Shown piece by piece: positions 21,401 to 29,630 of a DNA stretch of 64,000 nt; position 1 is the first letter of the stretch; the number at the start of each line of letters is the position of its first letter. Source of the DNA: Escherichia coli 042. GTDB taxonomy: Bacteria; Pseudomonadota; Gammaproteobacteria; Enterobacterales; Enterobacteriaceae. The notes under the pieces are model-generated. The model had not been told where the DNA came from and made no database searches. It saw only the letters and a program-made list of their open reading frames with translations. The position numbers and the translations under genes were made by a program. The stretch is from NCBI RefSeq assembly GCF_000027125.1, contig NC_017626.1. One strand, given 5' to 3'.

Positions 21401-21957
21401 GTGTCATCGGCCAGCGGGACAATTTTATTGATTTCGTGGGACGTGCGGAAACCATCAAAGAAATGAATAAATGGAACGCGGCTTTTCAGCGTCGCGATGT
21501 GCGAAATGAGAGCAAAGTCTTGCGCTTCCTGGACGTTAGCCGCACACAACATCGCGCAACCCGTCTGGCGCACCGCCATAACGTCGGAATGATCGCCAAA
21601 AATAGAGAGTGCATGTGTGGCAACGGTACGTGCCGCTACATGCAGGACAAATGGCGTCAGTTCGCCTGCCAGTTTGTACAGCGTCGGGATCATCAGCAAC
21701 AAACCCTGCGATGACGTAAACGATGTTGAAAGGGCACCCGTCTGCAAAGCGCCATGCACGGTAGCGATAGCCCCCGCTTCCGACTGCATTTCAACCACGC
21801 GTGGTGTGTCTCCCCAAACGTTCTTCAAGCCGTTTCCGGCCCATGCATCAGCCTGTTCTGCCATCGTGGAACTGGGGGTAATAGGGTAGATGGCGATAAC
21901 TTCACTGGTGCGAAACGCCACCGAAGCAACCGCGCCATTACCGTCAATAGTAATCAT
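18433..21957 (-). CDS. ydbK: pyruvate:flavodoxin/ferredoxin oxidoreductase (PFOR, NifJ-like)
   Basis: 1174 aa; two 4Fe-4S Cys clusters (CTQCNHCVAACP, CTGCNLCVEVCP); TPP-binding region. Confidence 0.9.
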   Translation of the reverse strand: MITIDGNGAVASVAFRTSEVIAIYPITPSSTMAEQADAWAGNGLKNVWGDTPRVVEMQSEAGAIATVHGALQTGALSTSFTSSQGLLLMIPTLYKLAGELTPFVLHVAARTVATHALSIFGDHSDVMAVRQTGCAMLCAANVQEAQDFALISHIATLKSRVPFIHFFDGFRTSHEINKIVPLADDTILELMPQAEIDAHRARALNPEHPVIRGTSANPDTYFQSREATNPWYNAVYDHVEQAMNDFAAATGRQYQPFEYYGHPQAERVIILMGSAIGTCEEVVDELLTRGEKVGVLKVRLYRPFSAKHLLQALPGSVRSVAVLDRTKEPGAQAEPLYLDVMTALAEAFNNGERETLPRVIGGRYGLSSKEFGPDCVLAVFAELNAAKPKARFTVGIYDDVTNLSLPLPENTLPNSAKLEALFYGLGSDGSVSATKNNIKIIGNSTPWYAQGYFVYDSKKAGGLTVSHLRVSEQPIRSAYLISQADFVGCHQLQFIDKYQMAERLKPGGIFLLNTPYSADEVWSRLPQEVQAVLNQKKARFYVINAAKIARECGLAARINTVMQMAFFHLTQILPGDSALAELQGAIAKSYSSKGQDLVERNWQALALARESVEEVPLQPVNPHSANRPPVVSDAAPDFVKTVTAAMLAGLGDALPVSALPPDGTWPMGTTRWEKRNIAEEIPIWKEELCTQCNHCVAACPHSAIRAKVVPPEAMENAPASLHSLDVKSRDMRGQKYVLQVAPEDCTGCNLCVEVCPAKDRQNPEIKAINMMSRLEHVEEEKINYDFFLNLPEIDRSKLERIDIRTSQLITPLFEYSGACSGCGETPYIKLLTQLYGDRMLIANATGCSSIYGGNLPSTPYTTDANGRGPAWANSLFEDNAEFGLGFRLTVDQHRVRVLRLLDQFADKIPAELLTALKSDATPEVRREQVAALRQQLKDVAEAHELLRDADALVEKSIWLIGGDGWAYDIGFGGLDHVLSLTENVNILVLDTQCYSNTGGQASKATPLGAVTKFGEHGKRKARKDLGVSMMMYGHVYVAQISLGAQLNQTVKAIQEAEAYPGPSLIIAYSPCEEHGYDLALSHDQMRQLTATGFWPLYRFDPRRADEGKLPLALDSRPPSEALEETLLHEQRFRRLNSQQPEVAEQLWKDAAADLQKRYDFLAQMAGKAEKSNTD

Positions 21958-22230
21958 ATGACACCCTTACATTGCGCAAATGAGGGGCGCACGAAATTGC
22001 TGCGCGCCCAGTAGTTATCTTTCAATTTTAGCAAATGGCTTTCTTCTGCATTTTCGCTTTTGTGTCCCCCACATCAGCGTAATGAATGTTTTGATCAAAC
22101 AGAGGGCAAAAAAATAGCCATAAAAAAGTAAAAATGCGGGGCAACGCGCAGGACAGCTCTCGACGTCGCCCTCTGTGCTGCCTATTATTTATGGCGGTGT
22201 CGTTTGGCTTGAAGATCAGAGGAAGAAAAG

Positions 22231-22497
22231 ATGCGAGCAGCGTTTTGGGTAGGGTGTGCCGCTTTATTGTTGTCGGCGTGTAGTAGTGAACCTGTTCAGC
22301 AGGCGACTGCGGCGCACGTAGCGCCAGGTTTAAAAGCGTCGATGTCCAGTAGTGGAGAAGCAAATTGTGCAATGATCGGCGGTTCGCTTTCTGTTGCCCG
22401 TCAACTGGATGGTACGGCGATTGGGATGTGTGCATTACCCAACGGCAAACGCTGTAGTGAACAGTCACTTGCCGCCGGGAGCTGTGGCAGCTATTAA
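22231..22497 (+). CDS. ydbJ: small lipoprotein (DUF333 family)
   Basis: 88 aa, lipobox LLSAC; K-12 synteny. Confidence 0.65.
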   Translation: MRAAFWVGCAALLLSACSSEPVQQATAAHVAPGLKASMSSSGEANCAMIGGSLSVARQLDGTAIGMCALPNGKRCSEQSLAAGSCGSY

Positions 22498-22916
22498 TTC
22501 ATTAAATCCGCCAGCTTATAAGTTAATGTCTGTTTCGCGGTCGCCAGCGTTAACTGGTTCGCGGTCAGATCCACTTGTGCACCTTCTTTCAGCATTTCGC
22601 TAATGGTGTTATCGAGTTCATTAAGCTGCGGGTTAGCGCACATCATACGGGTCATTGCCAGCCCTTTGGCTGTTAGTTCACCATTAGACAGTTTGCCTTC
22701 ACCGCTAAAGCGGTTACACATGCTGCCGGAAATCATCATCTTTTCACCAAAGCTGATTTCTGGCGGATTTTTATCGCTGGTCACGGGCTTACCGTTTACG
22801 CTTTCCAGCACAAAGCGATGACGCTGTAGCTGTTCTGGGGTTACAGCAATTTTGTCATTACTTACACATCCCGCCATCAGCAGGCTTAGCGCAACAAACG
22901 CGGCTACTTTCTTCAT
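22494..22916 (-). CDS. hslJ: heat-shock lipoprotein HslJ (META domain)
   Basis: 140 aa from MKKVAAFVALSLLMAGC (lipobox); synteny next to ldhA. Confidence 0.75.
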   Translation of the reverse strand: MKKVAAFVALSLLMAGCVSNDKIAVTPEQLQRHRFVLESVNGKPVTSDKNPPEISFGEKMMISGSMCNRFSGEGKLSNGELTAKGLAMTRMMCANPQLNELDNTISEMLKEGAQVDLTANQLTLATAKQTLTYKLADLMN

Positions 22917-23026
22917 TGTGGTTCTCAATTACAGTTTCTGACTCAGGACTATTTTAAGAATAGAGGATGAAAGGTCATTGGGGATTATCTGAATCAGCTC
23001 CCCTGGAATGCAGGGGAGCGGCAAGA

Positions 23027-24016
23027 TTAAACCAGTTCGTTCGGGCAGGTTTCGCCTTTTTCCAGATTGCTTAAGTTTTGCAGCGTAGTCTGAGAAATAC
23101 TGGTCAGTGCTTCTGCTGTCAGGAATGCCTGGTGCCCGGTAAACAGCACGTTGTGGCAGGCAGACAGACGACGGAATACGTCATCCTGGATCACGTCGTT
23201 GGATTTGTCTTCAAAGAACAGATCGCGTTCGTTCTCATACACGTCCATACCCAACGAACCAATTTTCTGATTTTTCAGCGCTTCAATTGCCGCCTGAGAA
23301 TCAATCAATGCACCGCGACTGGTATTGACGATCATCACGCCATTTTTCATCTGATCGAAGGCGGCTTCGTTCAACAGATGGTAGTTTTCCGGTGTCAGCG
23401 GGCAGTGCAGAGAGATAACGTCTGATTCAGAGAACAGGGTTGGCAGATCGACATACTCCACACCGAGTTCCAGTGCCGCCGCACTTGGATACGGATCGAA
23501 CGCCAGCAGACGCATACCAAAACCTTTCAGAATGCGCAGCATCGCCACACCGATTTTACCGGTACCGATAACGCCTGCCGTTTTGCCATACATAGTAAAG
23601 CCGGTCAGACCTTCCAGAGAGAAGTTGGCGTCACGAGTACGCTGATACGCGCGATGAATACGGCGGTTCAGCGTCATCATCATACCGATGGCGTGTTCAG
23701 CAACGGCTTCTGGATCATAGGCTGGAACACGGACTACTTTCAGCCCCAGTTCTTTTGCCGCGTCAAGGTCGACGTTATTAAAACCGGCACAGCGCAGGGC
23801 GATATATTTAACGCCGTGCTTTTTCAGCTCTTCCAGCACCGGGCGGCTGCCGTCATCGTTTACGAAAATACATACCGCTTCGCAGCCATTGGCGGTTTTA
23901 GCGGTTTTTTCCGTCAGCAGAAAGTCAAAAAATTCCAGCTCAAAGCCAAAGGACTCGTTCACCTGTTGCAGGTACTTCTTGTCGTACTGTTTTGTGCTAT
24001 AAACGGCGAGTTTCAT
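23027..24016 (-). CDS. ldhA: fermentative D-lactate dehydrogenase (NAD-dependent 2-hydroxyacid dehydrogenase)
   Basis: 329 aa; NAD-binding GxGxxG (GVIGTGKIG); matches recalled LdhA. Confidence 0.9.
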   Translation of the reverse strand: MKLAVYSTKQYDKKYLQQVNESFGFELEFFDFLLTEKTAKTANGCEAVCIFVNDDGSRPVLEELKKHGVKYIALRCAGFNNVDLDAAKELGLKVVRVPAYDPEAVAEHAIGMMMTLNRRIHRAYQRTRDANFSLEGLTGFTMYGKTAGVIGTGKIGVAMLRILKGFGMRLLAFDPYPSAAALELGVEYVDLPTLFSESDVISLHCPLTPENYHLLNEAAFDQMKNGVMIVNTSRGALIDSQAAIEALKNQKIGSLGMDVYENERDLFFEDKSNDVIQDDVFRRLSACHNVLFTGHQAFLTAEALTSISQTTLQNLSNLEKGETCPNELV

Positions 24017-24223
24017 AAGACTTTCTCCAGTGATGTTGAATCACATTTAAGCTACTAAAAATATTTTACAAAATTTCAAATATAATTGAAAGCTATGGCG
24101 ATATTGAAAAATTCATCAACAACTATGCTTAGTGTAGGCGCAACCTTCAACTGAACGGTTAAACATGCCACAATACCCGTATTGAATGCTTAATTTTTCG
24201 CTAAATCAGGATATTAACTACCC

Positions 24224-26863
24224 ATGCTGGGTAAATATAAAGCCGTTCTCGCGCTGTTATTACTGATTATTCTTGTGCCGTTGACGCTGCTGATGACGCT
24301 CGGCTTGTGGGTTCCCACGCTGGCGGGCATCTGGCTACCGCTCGGGACACGTATTGCATTAGATGAAAGCCCACGCATTACGCGTAAAGGTTTAATCATT
24401 CCCGATCTCCGTTATCTGGTGGGAGATTGTCAGCTTGCGCATATCACCAACGCCAGCCTTTCACATCCCAGCCGCTGGTTATTGAACGTCGGCACGGTAG
24501 AATTTGATTCTGCTTGTCTGGCGAAATTGCCGCAGACGGAGCAATCGCCAGCTGCTCCAAAAACCCTCGCGCAGTGGCAGTCCATGCTGCCTAACACCTG
24601 GATCAATATCGATAAACTGATTTTTTCTCCCTGGCAGGAATGGCAGGGAAAACTCTCTCTCGCATTAACCTCTGATATTCAGCAACTGCGTTATCAGGGC
24701 GAAAAAGTTAAATTTCAAGGCCAGCTGAAAGGGCAACAACTTACAGTCAGCGAACTGGATGTCGTCGCGTTTGAAAATCAGCCGCCGGTTAAACTGGTGG
24801 GGGAATTTACTATGCCGCTCGTGCCGGATGGACTTCCTGTAAGTGGGCATGCTACTGCGACGTTAAACTTGCCGCAGGAACCGTCACTGGTGGATGCAGA
24901 GCTGGACTGGCAGGAAAATAGCGGGCAATTGATTGTGCTGGCACGGGATAACGGCGATCCGTTGCTCGATTTGCCGTGGCAAATTACTCGTCAACAATTG
25001 ACCCTAAGCGATGGTCGCTGGAGCTGGCCGTATGCAGGTTTTCCTTTGAGTGGCCGACTGGGTGTCAAAGTCGACAACTGGCAGGCAGGGCTCGAGAACG
25101 CTCTGGTCAGCGGACGACTTAGTGTGCTGACCCAGGGGCAAGCGGGTAAAGGCAACGCGGTGCTAAATTTTGGCCCAGGAAAATTAAGCATGGATAACAG
25201 CCAGCTGCCTATGCAACTGACCGGTGAAGCGAAACAGGCGGACCTCATTTTATATGCCCGTTTACCTGCGCAGCTAAGTGGAAGTCTGACTGACCCAACG
25301 CTGGCCTTTGAGCCAGGCGCGTTATTACGTTCGAAGGGAAGAGTCATCGATTCGCTGGACATCGATGAAATCCGCTGGCCTTTAGCGGGTGTAAAAGTCA
25401 CCCAACGTGGTGTTGACGGACGTTTGCAGGCCATTTTGCAGGCGCATGAAAATGAACTGGGCGATTTCGTGCTGCATATGGATGGGCTGGCGAATGATTT
25501 TCTCCCTGACGCTGGCCGCTGGCAGTGGCGCTACTGGGGAAAAGGCAGTTTTACACCGATGAATGCCACCTGGGATGTTGCAGGAAAAGGTGAGTGGCAT
25601 GACAGCACGATTACGCTGACCGATCTCTCCACCGGTTTCGACCAGTTACAATACGGTACGATGACGGTAGAAAAGCCGCGATTAATTCTCGACAAGCCCG
25701 TCGTCTGGGTACGTGACGCACAGCATCCCTCCTTTAGCGGCGCGCTGTCACTGGACGCCGGGCAAACGCTGTTCACTGGCGGCAGTGTGTTACCGCCATC
25801 AACCTTAAAATTTAGCGTCGATGGACGCGATCCGACGTATTTCCTATATAAAGGCGATTTACATGCTGGTGAGATTGGCCCGGTTCGGGTAAATGGTCGC
25901 TGGGACGGTATTCGTCTGCGCGGTAACGCCTGGTGGCCTAAACAATCACTGACCGTATTCCAGCCGCTGGTGCCACCCGACTGGAAGATGAACTTACGCG
26001 ATGGCGAACTGTATGCTCAGGTCGCATTTTCTGCTGCGCCTGAACAAGGATTCCGCGCGGGAGGGCACGGTGTGTTGAAAGGCGGTAGTGCCTGGATGCC
26101 AGATAATCAGGTTAACGGTGTCGATTTTGTCCTGCCTTTCCGTTTTGCCGATGGAGCCTGGCATCTGGGGACTCGCGGCCCCGTTACGTTGCGAATTGCC
26201 GAAGTGATTAATCTGGTGACAGCGAAAAATATTACGGCTGATTTGCAAGGGCGCTATCCGTGGACAGAAGAAGAACCATTGTTGTTGACTGATGTTAGCG
26301 TCGATGTGTTAGGCGGTAACGTGCTGATGAAACAATTACGTATGCCGCAACATGACCCGGCGCTGTTGCGGCTGAATAATCTCTCATCCAGCGAACTGGT
26401 TAGCGCCGTCAATCCGAAACAATTCGCCATGTCCGGGGCATTTAGTGGTGCATTGCCGTTATGGCTAAACAACGAAAAATGGATAGTGAAAGATGGTTGG
26501 CTGGCAAATAGCGGGCCAATGACCTTGCGGCTGGATAAAGACACCGCAGATGCGGTGGTAAAAGACAATATGACTGCGGGTTCAGCAATTAACTGGTTGC
26601 GCTATATGGAAATTAGCCGTTCATCGACAAAAATTAATTTAGATAATCTCGGTTTATTAACCATGCAGGCCAACATTACAGGTACCAGTCGCGTTGATGG
26701 TAAAAGCGGTACGGTAAACCTTAATTACCATCACGAAGAGAATATTTTTACGCTGTGGCGCAGTTTACGCTTTGGCGATAATCTCCAGGCATGGTTGGAG
26801 CAGAACGCGCGTCTGCCGGGAAATGACTGTCCGCAAGGAAAAGAGTGTGAGGAAAAACAATGA
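24224..26863 (+). CDS. ydbH: large envelope protein YdbH (AsmA-like/DUF748 family)
   Basis: 879 aa with N-terminal TM anchor; followed by ynbE-ydbL as in K-12. Confidence 0.75.
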   Translation: MLGKYKAVLALLLLIILVPLTLLMTLGLWVPTLAGIWLPLGTRIALDESPRITRKGLIIPDLRYLVGDCQLAHITNASLSHPSRWLLNVGTVEFDSACLAKLPQTEQSPAAPKTLAQWQSMLPNTWINIDKLIFSPWQEWQGKLSLALTSDIQQLRYQGEKVKFQGQLKGQQLTVSELDVVAFENQPPVKLVGEFTMPLVPDGLPVSGHATATLNLPQEPSLVDAELDWQENSGQLIVLARDNGDPLLDLPWQITRQQLTLSDGRWSWPYAGFPLSGRLGVKVDNWQAGLENALVSGRLSVLTQGQAGKGNAVLNFGPGKLSMDNSQLPMQLTGEAKQADLILYARLPAQLSGSLTDPTLAFEPGALLRSKGRVIDSLDIDEIRWPLAGVKVTQRGVDGRLQAILQAHENELGDFVLHMDGLANDFLPDAGRWQWRYWGKGSFTPMNATWDVAGKGEWHDSTITLTDLSTGFDQLQYGTMTVEKPRLILDKPVVWVRDAQHPSFSGALSLDAGQTLFTGGSVLPPSTLKFSVDGRDPTYFLYKGDLHAGEIGPVRVNGRWDGIRLRGNAWWPKQSLTVFQPLVPPDWKMNLRDGELYAQVAFSAAPEQGFRAGGHGVLKGGSAWMPDNQVNGVDFVLPFRFADGAWHLGTRGPVTLRIAEVINLVTAKNITADLQGRYPWTEEEPLLLTDVSVDVLGGNVLMKQLRMPQHDPALLRLNNLSSSELVSAVNPKQFAMSGAFSGALPLWLNNEKWIVKDGWLANSGPMTLRLDKDTADAVVKDNMTAGSAINWLRYMEISRSSTKINLDNLGLLTMQANITGTSRVDGKSGTVNLNYHHEENIFTLWRSLRFGDNLQAWLEQNARLPGNDCPQGKECEEKQ

Positions 26864-27045
26864 AAATTTTACTGGCTGCGTTGACGTCATCTTTTATGCT
26901 GGTTGGCTGTACGCCTCGCATTGAAGTCGCTGCACCTAAGGAACCGATCACTATCAATATGAACGTTAAAATTGAGCATGAGATCATCATCAAGGCAGAC
27001 AAAGATGTCGAAGAGCTGCTTGAGACTCGTAGCGATCTTTTCTGA
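26860..27045 (+). CDS. ynbE: small lipoprotein YnbE
   Basis: 61 aa, lipobox LVGC; overlaps the ydbH stop. Confidence 0.65.
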   Translation: MKILLAALTSSFMLVGCTPRIEVAAPKEPITINMNVKIEHEIIIKADKDVEELLETRSDLF

Positions 27046-27049
27046 GGCG

Positions 27050-27379
27050 ATGATGAAGAAAACATTACTTCTTTGTGCGTTTCTTGTTGGGCTGGTAAGC
27101 AGCAATGTAATGGCATTGACTCTGGATGAAGCCAGAACTCAGGGGCGGGTAGGGGAAACATTTTATGGTTATCTGGTTGCGCTGAAAACAGATGCTGAAA
27201 CAGAGAAATTAGTAAACGACATTAATGCCGAACGTAAAGCGAGTTACCAACAACTGGCAAAGCAAAATAATGTCTCGGTAGATGATATCGCGAAACTCGC
27301 CGGGCAAAAGCTCGTAGCTCGGGCTAAACCGGGGGAATATGTACAAGGGATAAACGGTAAATGGGTGCGAAAATTTTAA
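27050..27379 (+). CDS. ydbL: periplasmic protein YdbL (DUF1318)
   Basis: 109 aa from MMKKTLLLCAF signal peptide; longest frame from 26972. Confidence 0.65.
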   Translation: MMKKTLLLCAFLVGLVSSNVMALTLDEARTQGRVGETFYGYLVALKTDAETEKLVNDINAERKASYQQLAKQNNVSVDDIAKLAGQKLVARAKPGEYVQGINGKWVRKF

Positions 27380-27550
27380 TAGCAAAACCGCAATATCGGG
27401 ATAACGCTACAGGAGAAGGCGATTATTCTATTTTCCGGAAACAAGGTGAATATTCAAAAATTCCTGTCAAATTGCCTTTCGCCCTGAAAAATGCATAGTC
27501 AAATATCTGTTTTAACTAATTCGCGTTGCTGTACATGCAACGCGAATTAG

Positions 27551-27784
27551 TTAGCGGAATTTACGTCGATACTCGCCTGGCGTCATCCCAAAGCGTTGAT
27601 TAAATACCGTTGAAAAATGACTCTGGTCGGAAAATCCCCAATGAAAGCCAATGCCTGCCAGTTTTTCATCATCTGCGGCATGGCGAATCGCATCTGCACA
27701 AAAATCGAGACGACGGTTACGGATATATTGCGCGACTACCAAACCTTTATCGGCAAACTTTATCAGCGCGTAGCGCCTGCTGCT
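27551..27784 (-). pseudogene. feaR: 3' remnant of an AraC-family regulator gene (feaR-like): only the C-terminal HTH region (~78 codons) remains
   Basis: Frame encodes ...IGFHWGFSDQSHFSTVFNQRFGMTPGEYRRKFR (AraC-type HTH) but is closed by a stop at 27785-27787 with no N-terminal domain; convergent with ydbL as feaR is in K-12. Confidence 0.55.
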
Positions 27785-27787
27785 TTA

Positions 27788-27910
27788 GCGTTCGTTAGTG
27801 AAAAAGGTGAAACCTCGGTCGGTGAACTGCCTGCGCCGGGAAGCCTGTATTTTCAACGTTTTGGCGGCTTGAATATTGAACAGGACGCGTTATGCCAATT
27901 TATCAGATAG
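27788..27910 (+). pseudogene. possible 3' remnant of paaX, overlapping the paaY start
   Basis: Open frame ending 27910 with no plausible start or N-terminal portion; position upstream of paaY matches K-12 paaX-paaY. I do not recall the PaaX C-terminus, so assignment is by position only. Confidence 0.3.
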
Positions 27911-28482
27911 ACGGTCTGACTCCGGTTGTGCCAGAAGAGAGTTTTGTTCATCCGACAGCGGTATTGATCGGCGATGTTATTCTCGGCAAGGGTGTTTACG
28001 TTGGGCCAAATGCCAGCCTGCGTGGCGATTTTGGTCGTATCGTGGTGAAAGATGGCGCGAACATTCAGGATAATTGCGTTATGCACGGTTTTCCCGAGCA
28101 GGATACTGTCGTGGAAGAAGATGGACATATTGGTCATAGCGCTATCCTTCACGGCTGCATTATCCGCCGCAATGCATTAGTGGGAATGAACGCGGTAGTG
28201 ATAGACGGTGCGGTGATTGGCGAGAACAGCATTGTTGGCGCATCCGCATTTGTGAAAGCCAAAGCAGAAATGCCAGCTAATTACCTGATTGTCGGCAGCC
28301 CGGCGAAAGCGATTCGTGAACTCAGTGAGCAGGAGTTGGCATGGAAAAAGCAGGGTGCGCATGAGTACCAGGTGCTGGTGACACGCTGTAAGCAGACGTT
28401 ACATCAAGTCGAGCCATTGCGGGAAGTTGAACCTGGCAGGCAGCGCCTGGTATTTGATGAGAATCTGCGACCGAAACAGTAA
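27892..28482 (+). CDS. paaY: hexapeptide-repeat protein PaaY
   Basis: 196 aa; left-handed beta-helix hexapeptide repeats; matches recalled PaaY N-terminus [11 protein letters not shown]. Confidence 0.8.
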   Translation: MPIYQIDGLTPVVPEESFVHPTAVLIGDVILGKGVYVGPNASLRGDFGRIVVKDGANIQDNCVMHGFPEQDTVVEEDGHIGHSAILHGCIIRRNALVGMNAVVIDGAVIGENSIVGASAFVKAKAEMPANYLIVGSPAKAIRELSEQELAWKKQGAHEYQVLVTRCKQTLHQVEPLREVEPGRQRLVFDENLRPKQ

Positions 28483-28525
28483 CGTCCTGATGCTGGACGT
28501 TCTAATTTTTAGCATGTGATACACA

Positions 28526-28558
28526 AACCGCAACGCTGATACAGGTTGCGGTTTTTTA
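28526..28558 (+). terminator. rho-independent terminator after paaY
   Basis: ACCGCAAC...GTTGCGGT hairpin followed by TTTTTT. Confidence 0.5.
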
Positions 28559-28712
28559 TTGCCGGATGCGGTACTTGACGCGTTTTGTTTTGGTGTCTTT
28601 CAGGGCAATAGAGCAACTCATCCAGTAATCTTGTTTACGCCTTCGCATTATTTATCTCTTTTCGTTTCTATACTGATTTTTCTTAATCCGTTTTATTACA
28701 GGGCAGGGTGCG

Positions 28713-29573
28713 ATGAGCAACAACACATTTACTCTCGGTACAAAATCCGTTAACCGTCTTGGTTATGGCGCGATGCAACTGGCAGGCCCTGGGGTTTTTG
28801 GCCCCCCAAGAGATCGCCACGTTGCTATAACCGTGCTGCGTGAGGCGCTGGCATTGGGTGTCAATCACATTGATACCAGCGACTTTTATGGTCCGCACGT
28901 CACCAATCAGATTATCCGCGAAGCGCTTTATCCTTACTCTGACGATCTGACAATTGTCACTAAAATTGGTGCGCGGCGTGGAGAGGACGCATCCTGGTTG
29001 CCCGCATTTTCTCCGGCAGAGCTGCAAAAAGCGGTACACGATAATCTACGTAATCTCGGCCTGGACGTACTGGATGTGGTTAACCTGCGCGTCATGATGG
29101 GGGATGGTCATGGCCCGGCGGAAGGATCGATTGAAGCCAGCCTGACCGTGCTGGCAGAGATGCAACAACAAGGCCTGGTAAAACATATTGGCCTGAGCAA
29201 CGTCACACCGACGCAGGTCGCAGAGGCGCGTAAGATTACCGAAATCGTCTGTGTGCAGAACGAATACAACATTGCTCATCGTGCTGATGACGCAATGATT
29301 GATGATTTGGCCCGCGATGGCATTGCTTACGTGCCGTTCTTCCCGCTTGGGGGCTTTACGCCGCTGCAATCCTCCACACTTTCGGATGTAGCAGCGAGCC
29401 TGGGCGCAACACCAATGCAGGTGGCGCTGGCGTGGCTGTTACAGCGTTCACCGAATATTTTGCTGATCCCAGGGACGTCTTCTGTTGCGCATTTACGGGA
29501 GAATATGGCTGCTGAAAAATTGCATCTTTCTGAGGAAGTGTTGTCTACGTTGGATGGTATTTCGCGAGAATAA
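28713..29573 (+). CDS. ydbC: aldo-keto reductase
   Basis: 286 aa AKR family; K-12 synteny. Confidence 0.8.
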   Translation: MSNNTFTLGTKSVNRLGYGAMQLAGPGVFGPPRDRHVAITVLREALALGVNHIDTSDFYGPHVTNQIIREALYPYSDDLTIVTKIGARRGEDASWLPAFSPAELQKAVHDNLRNLGLDVLDVVNLRVMMGDGHGPAEGSIEASLTVLAEMQQQGLVKHIGLSNVTPTQVAEARKITEIVCVQNEYNIAHRADDAMIDDLARDGIAYVPFFPLGGFTPLQSSTLSDVAASLGATPMQVALAWLLQRSPNILLIPGTSSVAHLRENMAAEKLHLSEEVLSTLDGISRE

Positions 29574-29630
29574 CGAATATACAAAAGGGAAAGATGCATT
29601 TCCCTTTTGTTTCTTTTTTAATGGCATGGA

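Noticed and set aside
27617-27910. 97-aa plus-strand ORF taken as an intact gene
   Set aside because: Its 5' two-thirds is antisense to the feaR HTH remnant; only the last ~40 codons could be a paaX 3' remnant.
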